From: Nitrososphaerota archaeon
GTDB taxonomy: Archaea > Thermoproteota > Nitrososphaeria > Nitrososphaerales > Gagatemarchaeaceae
DNA length: 64,000 bases
NCBI GenBank assembly: GCA_029785615.1
Contig: JAFLZH010000004.1
Span: 20,545 to 84,544, forward strand
Direction: 5' to 3'
The position numbers were made by a program, and so were the translations under genes. Positions 36,191-45,439 of the stretch are shown here, in pieces. Each line of letters opens with the position of its first letter. The stretch's first letter is position 1. The notes beneath the pieces were generated by a model. The model was not told where the DNA came from. It worked only from the letters and a program-made list of their open reading frames with translations, and made no database searches.

Positions 36191-36838
36191 GTGACCCACA
36201 GGCGCCACGCAGCTTCCGCATTGCTGCTTTTCTTGGCCTTCGTCCTCGCTGCCCAGGGAGCGATGGCCCAGACGTCCTACACGCTGACTGTCTCGACTGA
36301 CAAGCCCTCGTATGTGTACGGACAGGCGATCCAGATCTCAGGGAAGGTGTCACCACCCCCCGGGCCGAACACCGCCGTCTTCTTGGAGATAATCAACCCG
36401 CACGGAGCAGTCGTCGCGCCGGGGGAGGCTCCGGTCGGGGCCTCCACTGGTCTCTACAACTACACTTTAGTCGCCGGCGGGAACTCGGGCTGGATTGCAG
36501 GGACGTATTCCGTAAACGCCACCTGGGGAGCCTATCCTCCGCAAGTCAGTGCCGAGGCGACATTCCAATACACGCCGACCGCAGTCACATCCACCACCTC
36601 GAGCACTTCCAACACCTCAAGTTCCCAGATTACATCGACATCGAGCACCACGACCGTCTCGACCTCTTCCAGCGCCACCACCTCGGCTTCTAGCACCAGC
36701 TCCACCAAGGGGGGCGGCGGGATACCTGTGTTCCCGTTCCAGGCGGCCCTGCTAGGCGTCTTCGTCTTGGCGATAGTCTCGGCGTACCTGGTGATGAAGA
36801 GGGCATCCGTCCGGGGCGTGCCTGCGGTCACCAGGTGA
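36191..36838 (+). CDS. Secreted surface protein with a Thr/Ser-rich stalk and a C-terminal archaeosortase-type sorting signal
   Basis: Signal peptide (ALLLFLAFVLAAQGAMA), a beta-rich domain and a TSTTSSTSNTSSSQITSTSSTTTVSTSSS linker. These are followed by GGGGIPVFPFQ, a TM helix and a basic tail (KRASVR). Confidence 0.75.
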   Translation: MTHRRHAASALLLFLAFVLAAQGAMAQTSYTLTVSTDKPSYVYGQAIQISGKVSPPPGPNTAVFLEIINPHGAVVAPGEAPVGASTGLYNYTLVAGGNSGWIAGTYSVNATWGAYPPQVSAEATFQYTPTAVTSTTSSTSNTSSSQITSTSSTTTVSTSSSATTSASSTSSTKGGGGIPVFPFQAALLGVFVLAIVSAYLVMKRASVRGVPAVTR

Positions 36839-36851
36839 AAGTGGCGGACAG

Positions 36852-37748
36852 TTGAAGGCCGCTGTCAGGCTTGTCGTCTGGATTGGGGCGGGAACGGCCC
36901 TCTGCCTGGCCACCGCGCCAAATTTCCTCAGCCTTCTGGACCAGTCACTGGGAGACACGTTCGGCAGCGTCTTCCCAGCTATCCCTTTCGCCGCGCTGCT
37001 CACCCTCATCTTCGCGCTGAGATGGAACGAGCTCCGGGATGTGCTTGCGGCCGAAGGAGGGGCCACGACCCAGCTCCGGATAAGAGCCCTGGGCGCAGGG
37101 ATTCTGGTGTTGCTATGGCTGGGCGAGCCTCTAACGGCCCAGACCGTGGAAACAGCGGGAGTCGCCGTCGTCCTGACGCTCTACGCTTCCTCCCTGGTGG
37201 TCAACCCCCTGACGAAGAGAATCCTGCTCCCCTACGCCGCCATCTACTCGGCTGGGATAGGAGCCCCGTTTGTGCTTCAGTGGGCCTTCGGCGAGCCCTT
37301 GGCCTACGCGTCGTCGGTCCTCGCTTCGAGGTTCGTCGGCCTGGCAGGCCTGCCAGTGGTTTGGCAGGGTACCCAGTTCCAGCTGTTTTCTAGAACTGGA
37401 GACGTTGTAGCCGGTTACGTTGCGCCTGGCTGCTCGAGCATCATCTCGATAACCACTTTCGTCGGTCTCCTCGCGCTCATGCACATGGACATGAAGAAGG
37501 ACCTACGGTCGACGGCCATAGTCGCAGTCGCCGGGATAGCCATCCTAACACTTCTCAATTCCCTCAGGATACTGCTTCTGATGTGGGTGGGGTACGTTGA
37601 CGGAGCTTCAGCGTTCTGGGGGGTCCACAACTGGATAGGGTACGCGCTGTTTCTCGGATTCTACCTCGCTGCACTCCCGGTCTACACCAGGATGGGGAGG
37701 GGCAGCATGGTCGGCTACCCCATTTCAGGGACGCCGTACACGCCGTAG
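36852..37748 (+). CDS. Archaeosortase / exosortase-family transpeptidase
   Basis: A polytopic membrane protein with the family's Cys-Arg-His set in context: APGCSSIISI, NSLRILLLMW and VHNWIGY. Confidence 0.8.
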   Translation: MKAAVRLVVWIGAGTALCLATAPNFLSLLDQSLGDTFGSVFPAIPFAALLTLIFALRWNELRDVLAAEGGATTQLRIRALGAGILVLLWLGEPLTAQTVETAGVAVVLTLYASSLVVNPLTKRILLPYAAIYSAGIGAPFVLQWAFGEPLAYASSVLASRFVGLAGLPVVWQGTQFQLFSRTGDVVAGYVAPGCSSIISITTFVGLLALMHMDMKKDLRSTAIVAVAGIAILTLLNSLRILLLMWVGYVDGASAFWGVHNWIGYALFLGFYLAALPVYTRMGRGSMVGYPISGTPYTP

Positions 37749-37920
37749 TCAGGCTTCACCCTTACCTTCCCCTTCCTTGACGCGAGGTGCTCAAGGTCCA
37801 TGGCCTTGCCTGGTGGCCATCGCGAACTTCGAGCGGAGCTGGAGGTCGGCCAGGATTTTCATCGCATGTCGGACACCCCGCTCTGGTTAATTAACGGAAG
37901 AAGACGGAACCCGGGCGAGT

Positions 37921-38526
37921 TTGAAGCGGAGCGTTATCCCGAGGGAGTTCTTCTGCCGGTACACCCCCGAGGTGGCAAGTGACCTGGTCGGGTGCCGCCT
38001 TGTCAGGGTTATACGCGGCAGGAGGATATCAGGGATAGTCGTCGAGACTGAGGCATACAGGGGCCCGAAGGACCCTGCAAGTCACGCGTACAGAGGGAAG
38101 ACATCCCGGAACGGCGTGATGTTCGGACCGCCGGGGCATGCCTACGTCTACTTCACCATGGGCATGCACTTCTGCCTTAACGTCACCACGGAGCCTACTG
38201 GAACCCCGGGCGCGGTACTGCTGAGGGCGATTGAACCGGAAGAGGGAATCGCAGTGATGGTGAAGAATAGGGGGCCAATTGCAGTCGACAGACTGGCCTC
38301 GGGCCCTGGAAACCTGACGAAGGCCCTGGGCATAGGCAAGGAACTGGACGGAGAAGACTTGGTCATGTCAGACAGGATCTTCTTGGAGCACGGCCGGATG
38401 GCCAGAGAAATCGGGACAAGCCCCAGAGTGGGCGTGTCGGCTGGGAGGTCAACAAGGTGGAGGTTCTTCGAACGAGGGAACCGCTTCGTCTCAAGGGGAA
38501 GGCCATCATCTCCCCAGAACCCATAA
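37921..38526 (+). CDS. 3-methyladenine DNA glycosylase (AAG/MPG family)
   Basis: IVETEAYRGPKDPASHAYRGKTSRNGVMFGPPGHAYVYFTMGMHFCLNV. Confidence 0.88.
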   Translation: MKRSVIPREFFCRYTPEVASDLVGCRLVRVIRGRRISGIVVETEAYRGPKDPASHAYRGKTSRNGVMFGPPGHAYVYFTMGMHFCLNVTTEPTGTPGAVLLRAIEPEEGIAVMVKNRGPIAVDRLASGPGNLTKALGIGKELDGEDLVMSDRIFLEHGRMAREIGTSPRVGVSAGRSTRWRFFERGNRFVSRGRPSSPQNP

Positions 38527-38554
38527 CTATCTCAGGATTGGACCGAGGAAGGTC

Positions 38555-38662
38555 GGGGTCGTCGGCTAGTCTGGTCTAGGCTTCAAGCCTTGGGTGTCCC
38601 ATCAGTCGTGGCTGGGGGGCCGAGGCCGCTTGAGACCCCCGGTTCAAATCCGGGCGACCCCA
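38555..38662 (+). tRNA. tRNA-Pro (anticodon UGG), with an intron of about 32 nt after position 37
   Basis: Acceptor GGGGTCG/CGACCCC+A. Anticodon arm CAAGC CTTGGG[intron]C GCTTG. T arm CCCGG TTCAAAT CCGGG. My D-arm parse has one mismatch and one extra nt, so the isotype is less certain. Confidence 0.7.
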
Positions 38663-38734
38663 TCCAATCAAAAGCGCGTATTAAATCGAGTTATCATAGC
38701 GTTAAATACTTTTGACCTCGACGTCCTGGTCAGA

Positions 38735-40822
38735 TTGCAGGCCGCTCCTCGCAGGGTCAAGACGATCTATAGTGTGATCGCGTCTCCGCAGAGGCTCGAG
38801 ATTCTGAGGATACTGAACATCAAGGGACCCCTGACCTACAGCGCCCTGAAGACGCTGGCCGGGTTCAAGTCGAAGAAGGAGTCTGGGAAGTTCGCCTACC
38901 ACCTGCGAAAGCTCGTGAAGCAGCTGCTCATCCAGCTCAACAGGCAGGAGAGGAAGTACACAGTGACCAACCTGGGGAGGCTTGTGCTCAACCTCACCAG
39001 GCAGATCGAAGAGCAGTCGCTCGTAGAGAGCGGGAAGCTGTATGTCCGGACCTCGCACCAGACGATGGAGGAGTTCAATGCCAACAAGATACTCCAGTCA
39101 CTTGTGAAGGAGGCAGGGATGCCGGTGGAGCTGGCCCAGAAGATCACGAGTGAGACTGAGTCAAGGCTCTACAAGTTCCAGACCCAGTATCTGACCGCCC
39201 CTCTCATACGCGAGATAGTCAACGCGCTCCTCGTGGAGCACAGCATGGAGGAGTACAGGCACAAGCTCACCAGACTTGGGATGCCCATCTACGACGTCAC
39301 CCAACTTTTGGGGAAGGCAGGGGACGACGGGGGCAACGTCGAGTCGCTGATTCACCAGACTGGGAAGCAGGTCTTCTCCGAATATCTCCTGCTGGAACAG
39401 CTCCCGAGGGACGTGGCGGACGCTCACCTCTCCGGCGACATCCACATCACGAACGCGGGGTCCTGGGGGCTCTCGCCCGACGCAGTGTTCGTCGACCTTC
39501 TGTCTATGAGGTCCGCAGGGCTCAACCCGAGGGGGAAGATACTCAACGCCTCCATGATACCGAGCCCCGAGAATGCCGAAAAGGCGCTCAACATCGTGCT
39601 CAACATGGCTTCCATGCTCACGAGGGAAGCTTCTGACGAAGTGACCTTCCGGAACTTCCTTCAGTTTATCGGCCCGTACTGCAGATCCAAGGGGAAGAGG
39701 GAGCTCGAATCGCTCTTCCTGAGGTTCTATGAGACCATCGGGTCGCCAGTTGCCGGGGCGACCGGTCCGGCCATCAGCATCGACCTCAATCCATACAAGC
39801 ACGACGACGTCGGCCGCGAAGTCCTGGACAAGACCCTAGACGCGGCCCTCGGCGCCTACAGGAGCTACGTCGAAGAGACCCCGAGGCCTGACATCAGGAT
39901 TCTTCTGGCAAAGCCCAGCAGGGTGGACGATACGAAGACTTTGAAGGATGCCGCGTCAATCATCTTCAACGGAGGGAGGATAGCGTTCTTCTCCTCTGAC
40001 CAGCGTAGGAGCTTTCTCGGGCTGAACGCCAACGTGCTCTCTCAGGAGTCCCAGGCGGACAACATCAACGTGCTCCACGGGCTCAGCCTTAACCTCCCCA
40101 GGCTCGCCTATGACTCCAACCAAGACGAGACATACTTCCGGGCCAAGCTGGCCCTCCTCATCGGAGTGGCGGCGGACGCACTTTCGACGAGGAGGAGGCT
40201 GATTGAGAGAGCGTTGAAGAGGGGCCTCCTTCCCTCGCTGGCGTCCGGTTCGGATGCCGTGACTTCTGACACGATGCCGCTCATCATGAATTTTGTCGGC
40301 TTCGAGGAGACCCTTGCCAGTCTGATACGGGACCCGACAACGGCCTCGCGATACGAGCTCGCAGACAAGATAGTGGGGACAGCCACCCAGGTGGCAGACG
40401 ACAAGTCGACCAAGATTGACAGGCTTGGAGCTGCGATGCTGGACTTGGACGGCGCGTCGAGGCTCGCGAGCCTTGATGCTGAGAAGTATGGGAAGGCGAA
40501 CATCCAGCCTCTCATGAGAGGGGCGTATACCCAGGCCCCCAGGCTTCTCCTGGCCGACCTTGAGAACCCGGAGAAGATGGACTACGTGACGAAGCTCTCC
40601 ACAGGGCTGCGCGGAGGGGTCTCCATCACCCTGGACGGATCTTCGGACGAAGTGAGGGGGATCTACAACCTCATCCTCAACGCGTCGCCCAAACTATCCT
40701 ACTTCAAGGTGGACAGGGTCATATCGGTCTGCAGAAATTGCGGCGCGAAGCTGCCACAGAACGCAGGCAGGTGCCAGAGGTGCAAGTCCGTCGCGATGAC
40801 GCAGTATTCGACGGCGGGCTAG
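38735..40822 (+). CDS. wHTH + ATP-cone + class III RNR (NrdD)-like protein lacking radical-chemistry residues
   Basis: The tracked start at 38594 overlaps tRNA-Pro. An in-frame TTG at 38735 lies about 27 nt after TTAAATA (38702-38708). ArsR-like wHTH (SPQRLEILRILNIKGPLTYSAL); ATP-cone (KLYVRTSHQTMEEFNANKILQSL...); NrdD-like AHLSGDIHITN and LSLNLPRLAY; terminal CRNCG...CQRC ribbon. Confidence 0.7.
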   Translation: MQAAPRRVKTIYSVIASPQRLEILRILNIKGPLTYSALKTLAGFKSKKESGKFAYHLRKLVKQLLIQLNRQERKYTVTNLGRLVLNLTRQIEEQSLVESGKLYVRTSHQTMEEFNANKILQSLVKEAGMPVELAQKITSETESRLYKFQTQYLTAPLIREIVNALLVEHSMEEYRHKLTRLGMPIYDVTQLLGKAGDDGGNVESLIHQTGKQVFSEYLLLEQLPRDVADAHLSGDIHITNAGSWGLSPDAVFVDLLSMRSAGLNPRGKILNASMIPSPENAEKALNIVLNMASMLTREASDEVTFRNFLQFIGPYCRSKGKRELESLFLRFYETIGSPVAGATGPAISIDLNPYKHDDVGREVLDKTLDAALGAYRSYVEETPRPDIRILLAKPSRVDDTKTLKDAASIIFNGGRIAFFSSDQRRSFLGLNANVLSQESQADNINVLHGLSLNLPRLAYDSNQDETYFRAKLALLIGVAADALSTRRRLIERALKRGLLPSLASGSDAVTSDTMPLIMNFVGFEETLASLIRDPTTASRYELADKIVGTATQVADDKSTKIDRLGAAMLDLDGASRLASLDAEKYGKANIQPLMRGAYTQAPRLLLADLENPEKMDYVTKLSTGLRGGVSITLDGSSDEVRGIYNLILNASPKLSYFKVDRVISVCRNCGAKLPQNAGRCQRCKSVAMTQYSTAG

Positions 40823-40974
40823 CTAATCAGTTCGCACTTCCTTCTTGTCAACATCAGTTCACAGTCGAACGTCTCATGTCGTCGAGAAAAAGGCGAGTAC
40901 CCTCCTTGGTGGTTAACTCGGAATAAGCCGAGTCGGAATTATATATCGCAAGCCACAGGGTGCAGGCTAAGGTT

Positions 40975-43290
40975 ATGACGTCGATAGTTGAACAACCACG
41001 CGACTCTCCGGATGTAGGAGAGGAGATGAAAGGGGAGGTCAGACTCCCCTCGGAGACTTTGGCGGCGTTCGGAGGAGACGAGCTGCGCGCCCGGGTCTTC
41101 TACGAGAAGTACGCATTGAGAGACGCAACGGGCCAACAGGTTGAGAAGGTCCCGGCTGACATGTGGCGCAGGGTCGCGAAAGAGCTCGCCTCGCCCGAGA
41201 AGGACGAGGACAAGAAGAAGGAATGGGCCAACAGGTTCTACTGGCTCCTTGAGAACTACCGTTTCGTCCCCGGAGGGAGGATTCTTTTCGGCGCGGGGCA
41301 GACCAGGAAGTCGACGCTCCTGAACTGCTACTTCTTCAAGATCAAAGAGGACTCAATCGAAGCGATATTCGACTGGTGCAAGGAGGCCGCTCGGACATAC
41401 AGCTTCGGTGGGGGGGTCGGGACGGATATTTCGGTCCTGAGACCCAGGGGGGCACCGGTGAACAACTCCGCCATCTACAGCTCCGGTTCGGTGTCGTTCA
41501 TGGAGCTGCTCTCGACGACGACGGGGACCATCGGTCAGGCGGGAAGGCGCGGAGCCCTCATGATTACCATTGGGGTGGACCATCCGGACGTGATTGACTT
41601 CATCAACGTGAAGCGCGACCTCAAGAGAGTCAACTATGCCAACATCTCGGTGAAGATCACCGACGACTTCATGAGGGCGGTGGAGACCGACGGAGACTTT
41701 CTGCTCCACTTCAAGAACGACAAGGTGGAAGTGAACCGCACCGTGAGGGCGAGGGAGGTGTGGAAGTCCCTAATCAAGGGAGCCTGGCAGTCGGCGGAGC
41801 CTGGGGTGCTCTTCTGGGACGCGATCAAGCGCGAGTCCACCACCGAGTACAACGGCATGGAGGTGCAGGGGGTCAACCCTTGCAGCGAACAGACCCTTGA
41901 GAGCTACGGGTGCTGCTGCCTGGGCTCCGTAAACCTGAGCGCGTTCGTAAAAGACCCTTTTACCGAAAGGGCGAGCATCGACTGGGATTCCCTCACGAGG
42001 GCAGCCCAATACGGGGTCAGGTTCCTGGACAACGTCCTTGACTACAATGCCGAGCGGCATCCGCTCCCGCAGCAAAAGGAGGCGTCGCTCCACAGCAGGA
42101 GGATAGGGGTGGGGATCACCGGCCTGGGAGACATGCTCATCAAGCTCGGCCTGAAGTATGATGATGACTCGACCATCGAGTTCGTGGATCACCTCTTTGA
42201 GAAAATCAAGAACGTCTTCTACGATTACTCTACCGAGCTGGCGGAGGAGAAGGGGAGCTTCCCCGCGTTCGATGCGGCCAAGCACCTGGCCCAGCCGTTC
42301 ATCTCGAGGCTGGATGAGAAGGTGAAGGGGAAGATTAGGACCCAGGGTATCAGGAACGCGGCGGTCACCACCATCCCTCCCGTGGGCTCAGGGTCGATCC
42401 TCGCAGGTACCAGCAGCGGCGTCGAGCCGGTCTTCGCGCTCTTCTACACGCGGAGGAGCAAATCGTTGAGCGAGGGGGAGTTCAAGGTCTTCCACCCGCT
42501 CGTGAGAGAGTACATGGCGGCAACGGGAGCGAGGGACGAAAACCAGCTCCCCAACTACTTCGTAACGTCGCACCAGATCAAGCCAGACATGAGGGTGAAG
42601 ATGCAGGCGACCATCCAGAAGCACATCGACACAGCGATCTCAAGCACTGTGAACCTCCCAGAGGACATAACACCGGAGGAGGTCGAGAAGATCTACCTCC
42701 TAGCCTGGCGGATGGGGTGCAAGGGCATCACGGTCTATAGGGAGGGGAGCAGGGAGGGAATCCTTGAGACTGCGAAGGTCGCCAAGAAGGTCGAAGCCAA
42801 GCCGGCGGCAGGCTTTGAGCGGCCCAAGGTGATGGAGGGAAGGACCCTAAAGCTCAAGCTCCCCCAGGGGAACATCTACCTCACCGCTAACCTGGTCGAA
42901 GGGGAGATCAAAGAGGTCTTCGTTACCCTGGGCAAGTCTGGGGCCGATGAGAACGCAGACGCGGCCGCGCTCGGCAGGCTGATTAGCCTGTACCTCCAAC
43001 ATGGAGGGAGCATCAAGAACGTCATCTCCACCCTGAAGGGGATCAAGGGGAAGTACGTCTCTTGGGACGAGGGGACACAGCTCCAGTCCATCCCAGACGC
43101 CATCGCGAAAGCCCTGGAACTCCTGACCCTCAACCACGTGGTCAAGGAGTCGGGCTTCGTGGACGAGACGAAGGGGAAGGCAGCCTCAAGGGGAGGGACA
43201 GGCACCTGTCCCGACTGTCATGAGAGCGCCCTCGTGTTCGAGAATGGCTGCTACCACTGCAGTTCGTGTGGCTACTCGAAGTGCGAATAG
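40975..43290 (+). CDS. nrdJ: Adenosylcobalamin-dependent ribonucleotide reductase (class II)
   Basis: NPCSEQTLESYGCCCLGSVNL active-site loop, TIPPVGSGS, ISSTVNLP and a C-terminal CPDCH...CSSCG ribbon. The ATG at 40975 lies about 33 nt after AATTATATAT (40937-40946). An alternative GTG is at 40960. Confidence 0.9.
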   Translation: MTSIVEQPRDSPDVGEEMKGEVRLPSETLAAFGGDELRARVFYEKYALRDATGQQVEKVPADMWRRVAKELASPEKDEDKKKEWANRFYWLLENYRFVPGGRILFGAGQTRKSTLLNCYFFKIKEDSIEAIFDWCKEAARTYSFGGGVGTDISVLRPRGAPVNNSAIYSSGSVSFMELLSTTTGTIGQAGRRGALMITIGVDHPDVIDFINVKRDLKRVNYANISVKITDDFMRAVETDGDFLLHFKNDKVEVNRTVRAREVWKSLIKGAWQSAEPGVLFWDAIKRESTTEYNGMEVQGVNPCSEQTLESYGCCCLGSVNLSAFVKDPFTERASIDWDSLTRAAQYGVRFLDNVLDYNAERHPLPQQKEASLHSRRIGVGITGLGDMLIKLGLKYDDDSTIEFVDHLFEKIKNVFYDYSTELAEEKGSFPAFDAAKHLAQPFISRLDEKVKGKIRTQGIRNAAVTTIPPVGSGSILAGTSSGVEPVFALFYTRRSKSLSEGEFKVFHPLVREYMAATGARDENQLPNYFVTSHQIKPDMRVKMQATIQKHIDTAISSTVNLPEDITPEEVEKIYLLAWRMGCKGITVYREGSREGILETAKVAKKVEAKPAAGFERPKVMEGRTLKLKLPQGNIYLTANLVEGEIKEVFVTLGKSGADENADAAALGRLISLYLQHGGSIKNVISTLKGIKGKYVSWDEGTQLQSIPDAIAKALELLTLNHVVKESGFVDETKGKAASRGGTGTCPDCHESALVFENGCYHCSSCGYSKCE

Positions 43291-43388
43291 TGAGAGGGAA
43301 GGGGAGCTTCCCCCGACCCTCGCCTACGGCCGGCATCTGAAAACCTTCAACTCGTAGGCTTGGAGAGCCCTGAGGGCAGGGCGTACAA

Positions 43389-44312
43389 GTGAAGCCCATA
43401 GTCATAGTAGGGAGCTACAACACCAGCGAGACGATACGGGTGTCCCGTCTCCCCAGGCCTGGGGAGACCATCATGGGCTCAGGATACTCCAAAGGCCCGG
43501 GGGGGAAGGGGTCGAACCAGGCAGTCGCGGCGCGGCGGTTGGACGGAGAAGCTCGATTCATAGGGTGCGTTGGCAAGGACAAGAATGGAGACGAGGCCTT
43601 CTCCCTATGGGAATCTGAGAGCGTCGCGGTGGAAGGGGTCAGGCGGGTCGCGAGGCATACCGGGACGGCCCTGATAGTGGTGGAAGAAGACACTGGAGTC
43701 AACATCATAACCATAGCCCCGGGCGCCAACCTCGACCTCTCCCCGGCAGACATCGTGGAGTCCAGGAAGACGGTCGCTGGGTGCGGGGTGGTGCTCGCCC
43801 AGCTCGAGATCCCGGTGGAGACGGCGGTGGCAGCGACCAGGGTCGGGAGAGAGGAAGGCGCCCTGGTGATCTTGAACCCGGCTCCCGCGATGCCCGCGTC
43901 GGAGCTCGACCTGACGCGGGTAGACGTGGTCACCCCCAACGAGCAGGAGTTCGTGTTGCTTTCTGGGACCGACAGCCTCGAAGCGGGCTCGGCCTCCCTC
44001 CTGAAGAGGGGACCACGGACGGTGATAGTCACCCTCGGAGAAGGAGGGGCGTACGTGGCAACAGAGAAGAGGTCATACAGGGTTCCGGCACCCCGCGTGA
44101 GGTCGGTAGACGAGACGGGGGCTGGTGACGCCTTCAATGGGGCCCTCGCGGTCGCGCTCTCGAAGGGGGAGGAGATGGAAGAGGCGGTCAGGTTCGCCAA
44201 CGTCGCGGGCGCCCTGACGGTCACCAAAGAGGAGGTCATTCCAGCGCTCCCGCGCTTAGAGGAGGTCGAGGCCCTGCGGCGGTCGGCGGTCCTTTCTTGG
44301 CCGCCCCCCTAA
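43389..44312 (+). CDS. rbsK: Ribokinase-family sugar kinase
   Basis: GGKGSNQAVAAARL and VDETGAGDAFNGALA motifs. Confidence 0.85.
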   Translation: MKPIVIVGSYNTSETIRVSRLPRPGETIMGSGYSKGPGGKGSNQAVAARRLDGEARFIGCVGKDKNGDEAFSLWESESVAVEGVRRVARHTGTALIVVEEDTGVNIITIAPGANLDLSPADIVESRKTVAGCGVVLAQLEIPVETAVAATRVGREEGALVILNPAPAMPASELDLTRVDVVTPNEQEFVLLSGTDSLEAGSASLLKRGPRTVIVTLGEGGAYVATEKRSYRVPAPRVRSVDETGAGDAFNGALAVALSKGEEMEEAVRFANVAGALTVTKEEVIPALPRLEEVEALRRSAVLSWPPP

Positions 44313-44438
44313 GCACGCTGTAGGAGTCCGCACCTCCTGATACCAAAGGAGGGATTCTGACTGGCTAACTCGCAAAGCAGCGCTTGAGAGAGGATTGGCC
44401 GCGTCGCCAGCGCCAAGAGCACTGGTCCATAGGACAGG

Positions 44439-44771
44439 TCAGGAGGTTAGCTTCAGGATGGCTCGGGCAACCTCGCCGTCCGACTGCTCTAGGGCCGCCA
44501 CGGCTTTCTCCCTGGAGGCTCCGGCCTGCTGCTGCACCAGGAGGATGTCCTCATCGCTGAACGTCTTCCGCTCTACCTCCACCTCCTCGACCTCGCCCAC
44601 GACCTGGAACATCCTCTGCCCCTGGGCGTTGACCTCTGACACGGAAGCGTTGGTGATGTGCATCTCCGTGTCGGGCGTCTTGATCACTACCTCCTGGACG
44701 TTGGGGATCTCCTTCATGTTGATCCCGAGGCGGTCCATCATTCTTCTCGCGTTCCTGTTGTCCATCTTCAT
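44439..44771 (-). CDS. nac: Nascent polypeptide-associated complex protein (NAC + UBA)
   Basis: NARRMMDRLGINMKEIPNVQEVVIK ... a C-terminal UBA-like segment (DILLVQQQAGASREKAVAALEQSDGEVARAI). Confidence 0.9.
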   Translation of the reverse strand: MKMDNRNARRMMDRLGINMKEIPNVQEVVIKTPDTEMHITNASVSEVNAQGQRMFQVVGEVEEVEVERKTFSDEDILLVQQQAGASREKAVAALEQSDGEVARAILKLTS

Positions 44772-45235
44772 GTCGTTGTCCCTGCTCTGACCTTCACCGC
44801 CGTCCCCGACTTAAATTGTTCCATGTGCGCCCCATTCAGCACCGCCATGCCCACCCCCAGGACCTTCCAGTTCCGGTCTACGACGGCCACCTCTCCCTTG
44901 GGGTAGATGCTCTTCCCGGACCAGGTGACGAACTTGCAGAACACGGACTTCCCTCCGCGGACGAACTGCGCGGCCTCGTCTGTGACCTGGACGCAGCTGT
45001 CCCTGAACCTGGGACTCCTGGAGAGGGTCTGGGCACCATACATGGAGAGGGCCATGGCCCCGTTCGGCTTCACGGTGGCGAAGAGCTTCCCGTCCAATTG
45101 GATCAGTTTCACCCTCCCTGATCTTCTCGAACGGAAGAGTCGGTAGCCACTCTTCGGCAGGGCCCTGCTCACCCCCTTCCCGAACAGGTAGTCGACCATC
45201 AGAGCCACCTGCCTTCGGTCGGTCGGAGACGCCAT
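44768..45235 (-). CDS. PUA-domain RNA-binding protein
   Basis: The C-terminal PUA pattern (KGEVAVVDRNWKVLGVGMAVLNG...GTAVKVR). I prefer the ATG at 45235 over the tracked upstream start. Confidence 0.7.
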   Translation of the reverse strand: MASPTDRRQVALMVDYLFGKGVSRALPKSGYRLFRSRRSGRVKLIQLDGKLFATVKPNGAMALSMYGAQTLSRSPRFRDSCVQVTDEAAQFVRGGKSVFCKFVTWSGKSIYPKGEVAVVDRNWKVLGVGMAVLNGAHMEQFKSGTAVKVRAGTTT

Positions 45236-45439
45236 CGCCGGGGCGCCGCCGTGCGGGCGATAAATCTGTGAGGTTGCAGGCTCTGCCGGCGATGCGGCAG
45301 CCTCCCCCCGCGCCTGACCGATCCAAAGCCAAGCCCCGAGGGCGGGCGCCCGGCGGAGCCGCCGTGGTTCCCCTGCACTGTTCATCTACCGGGGCCGCGA
45401 GAGGCCGGCCGAGAGGGAGCGAGCACGAAGAGCATCCGG

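Noticed and set aside
35573-36356. Minus-strand ORFs 35573-36106 and 35934-36356.
   Set aside because: They overlap the Trm112 gene and the well-folded tRNA-Trp gene on the plus strand, and their composition is non-protein-like.
37749-37920. A 23-codon minus-strand ORF (ATG at 37873) and the tracked 60-aa plus-strand ORF at 37800-37982.
   Set aside because: They are too short or compositionally poor, with no motif. The region is more simply the promoter or leader of the DNA glycosylase gene.
38594-38734. The upstream part of the NrdD-like ORF as tracked (start at 38594).
   Set aside because: It overlaps the tRNA-Pro gene (38555-38662). A TATA-like box at 38702-38708 and an in-frame TTG at 38735 give a more plausible start.
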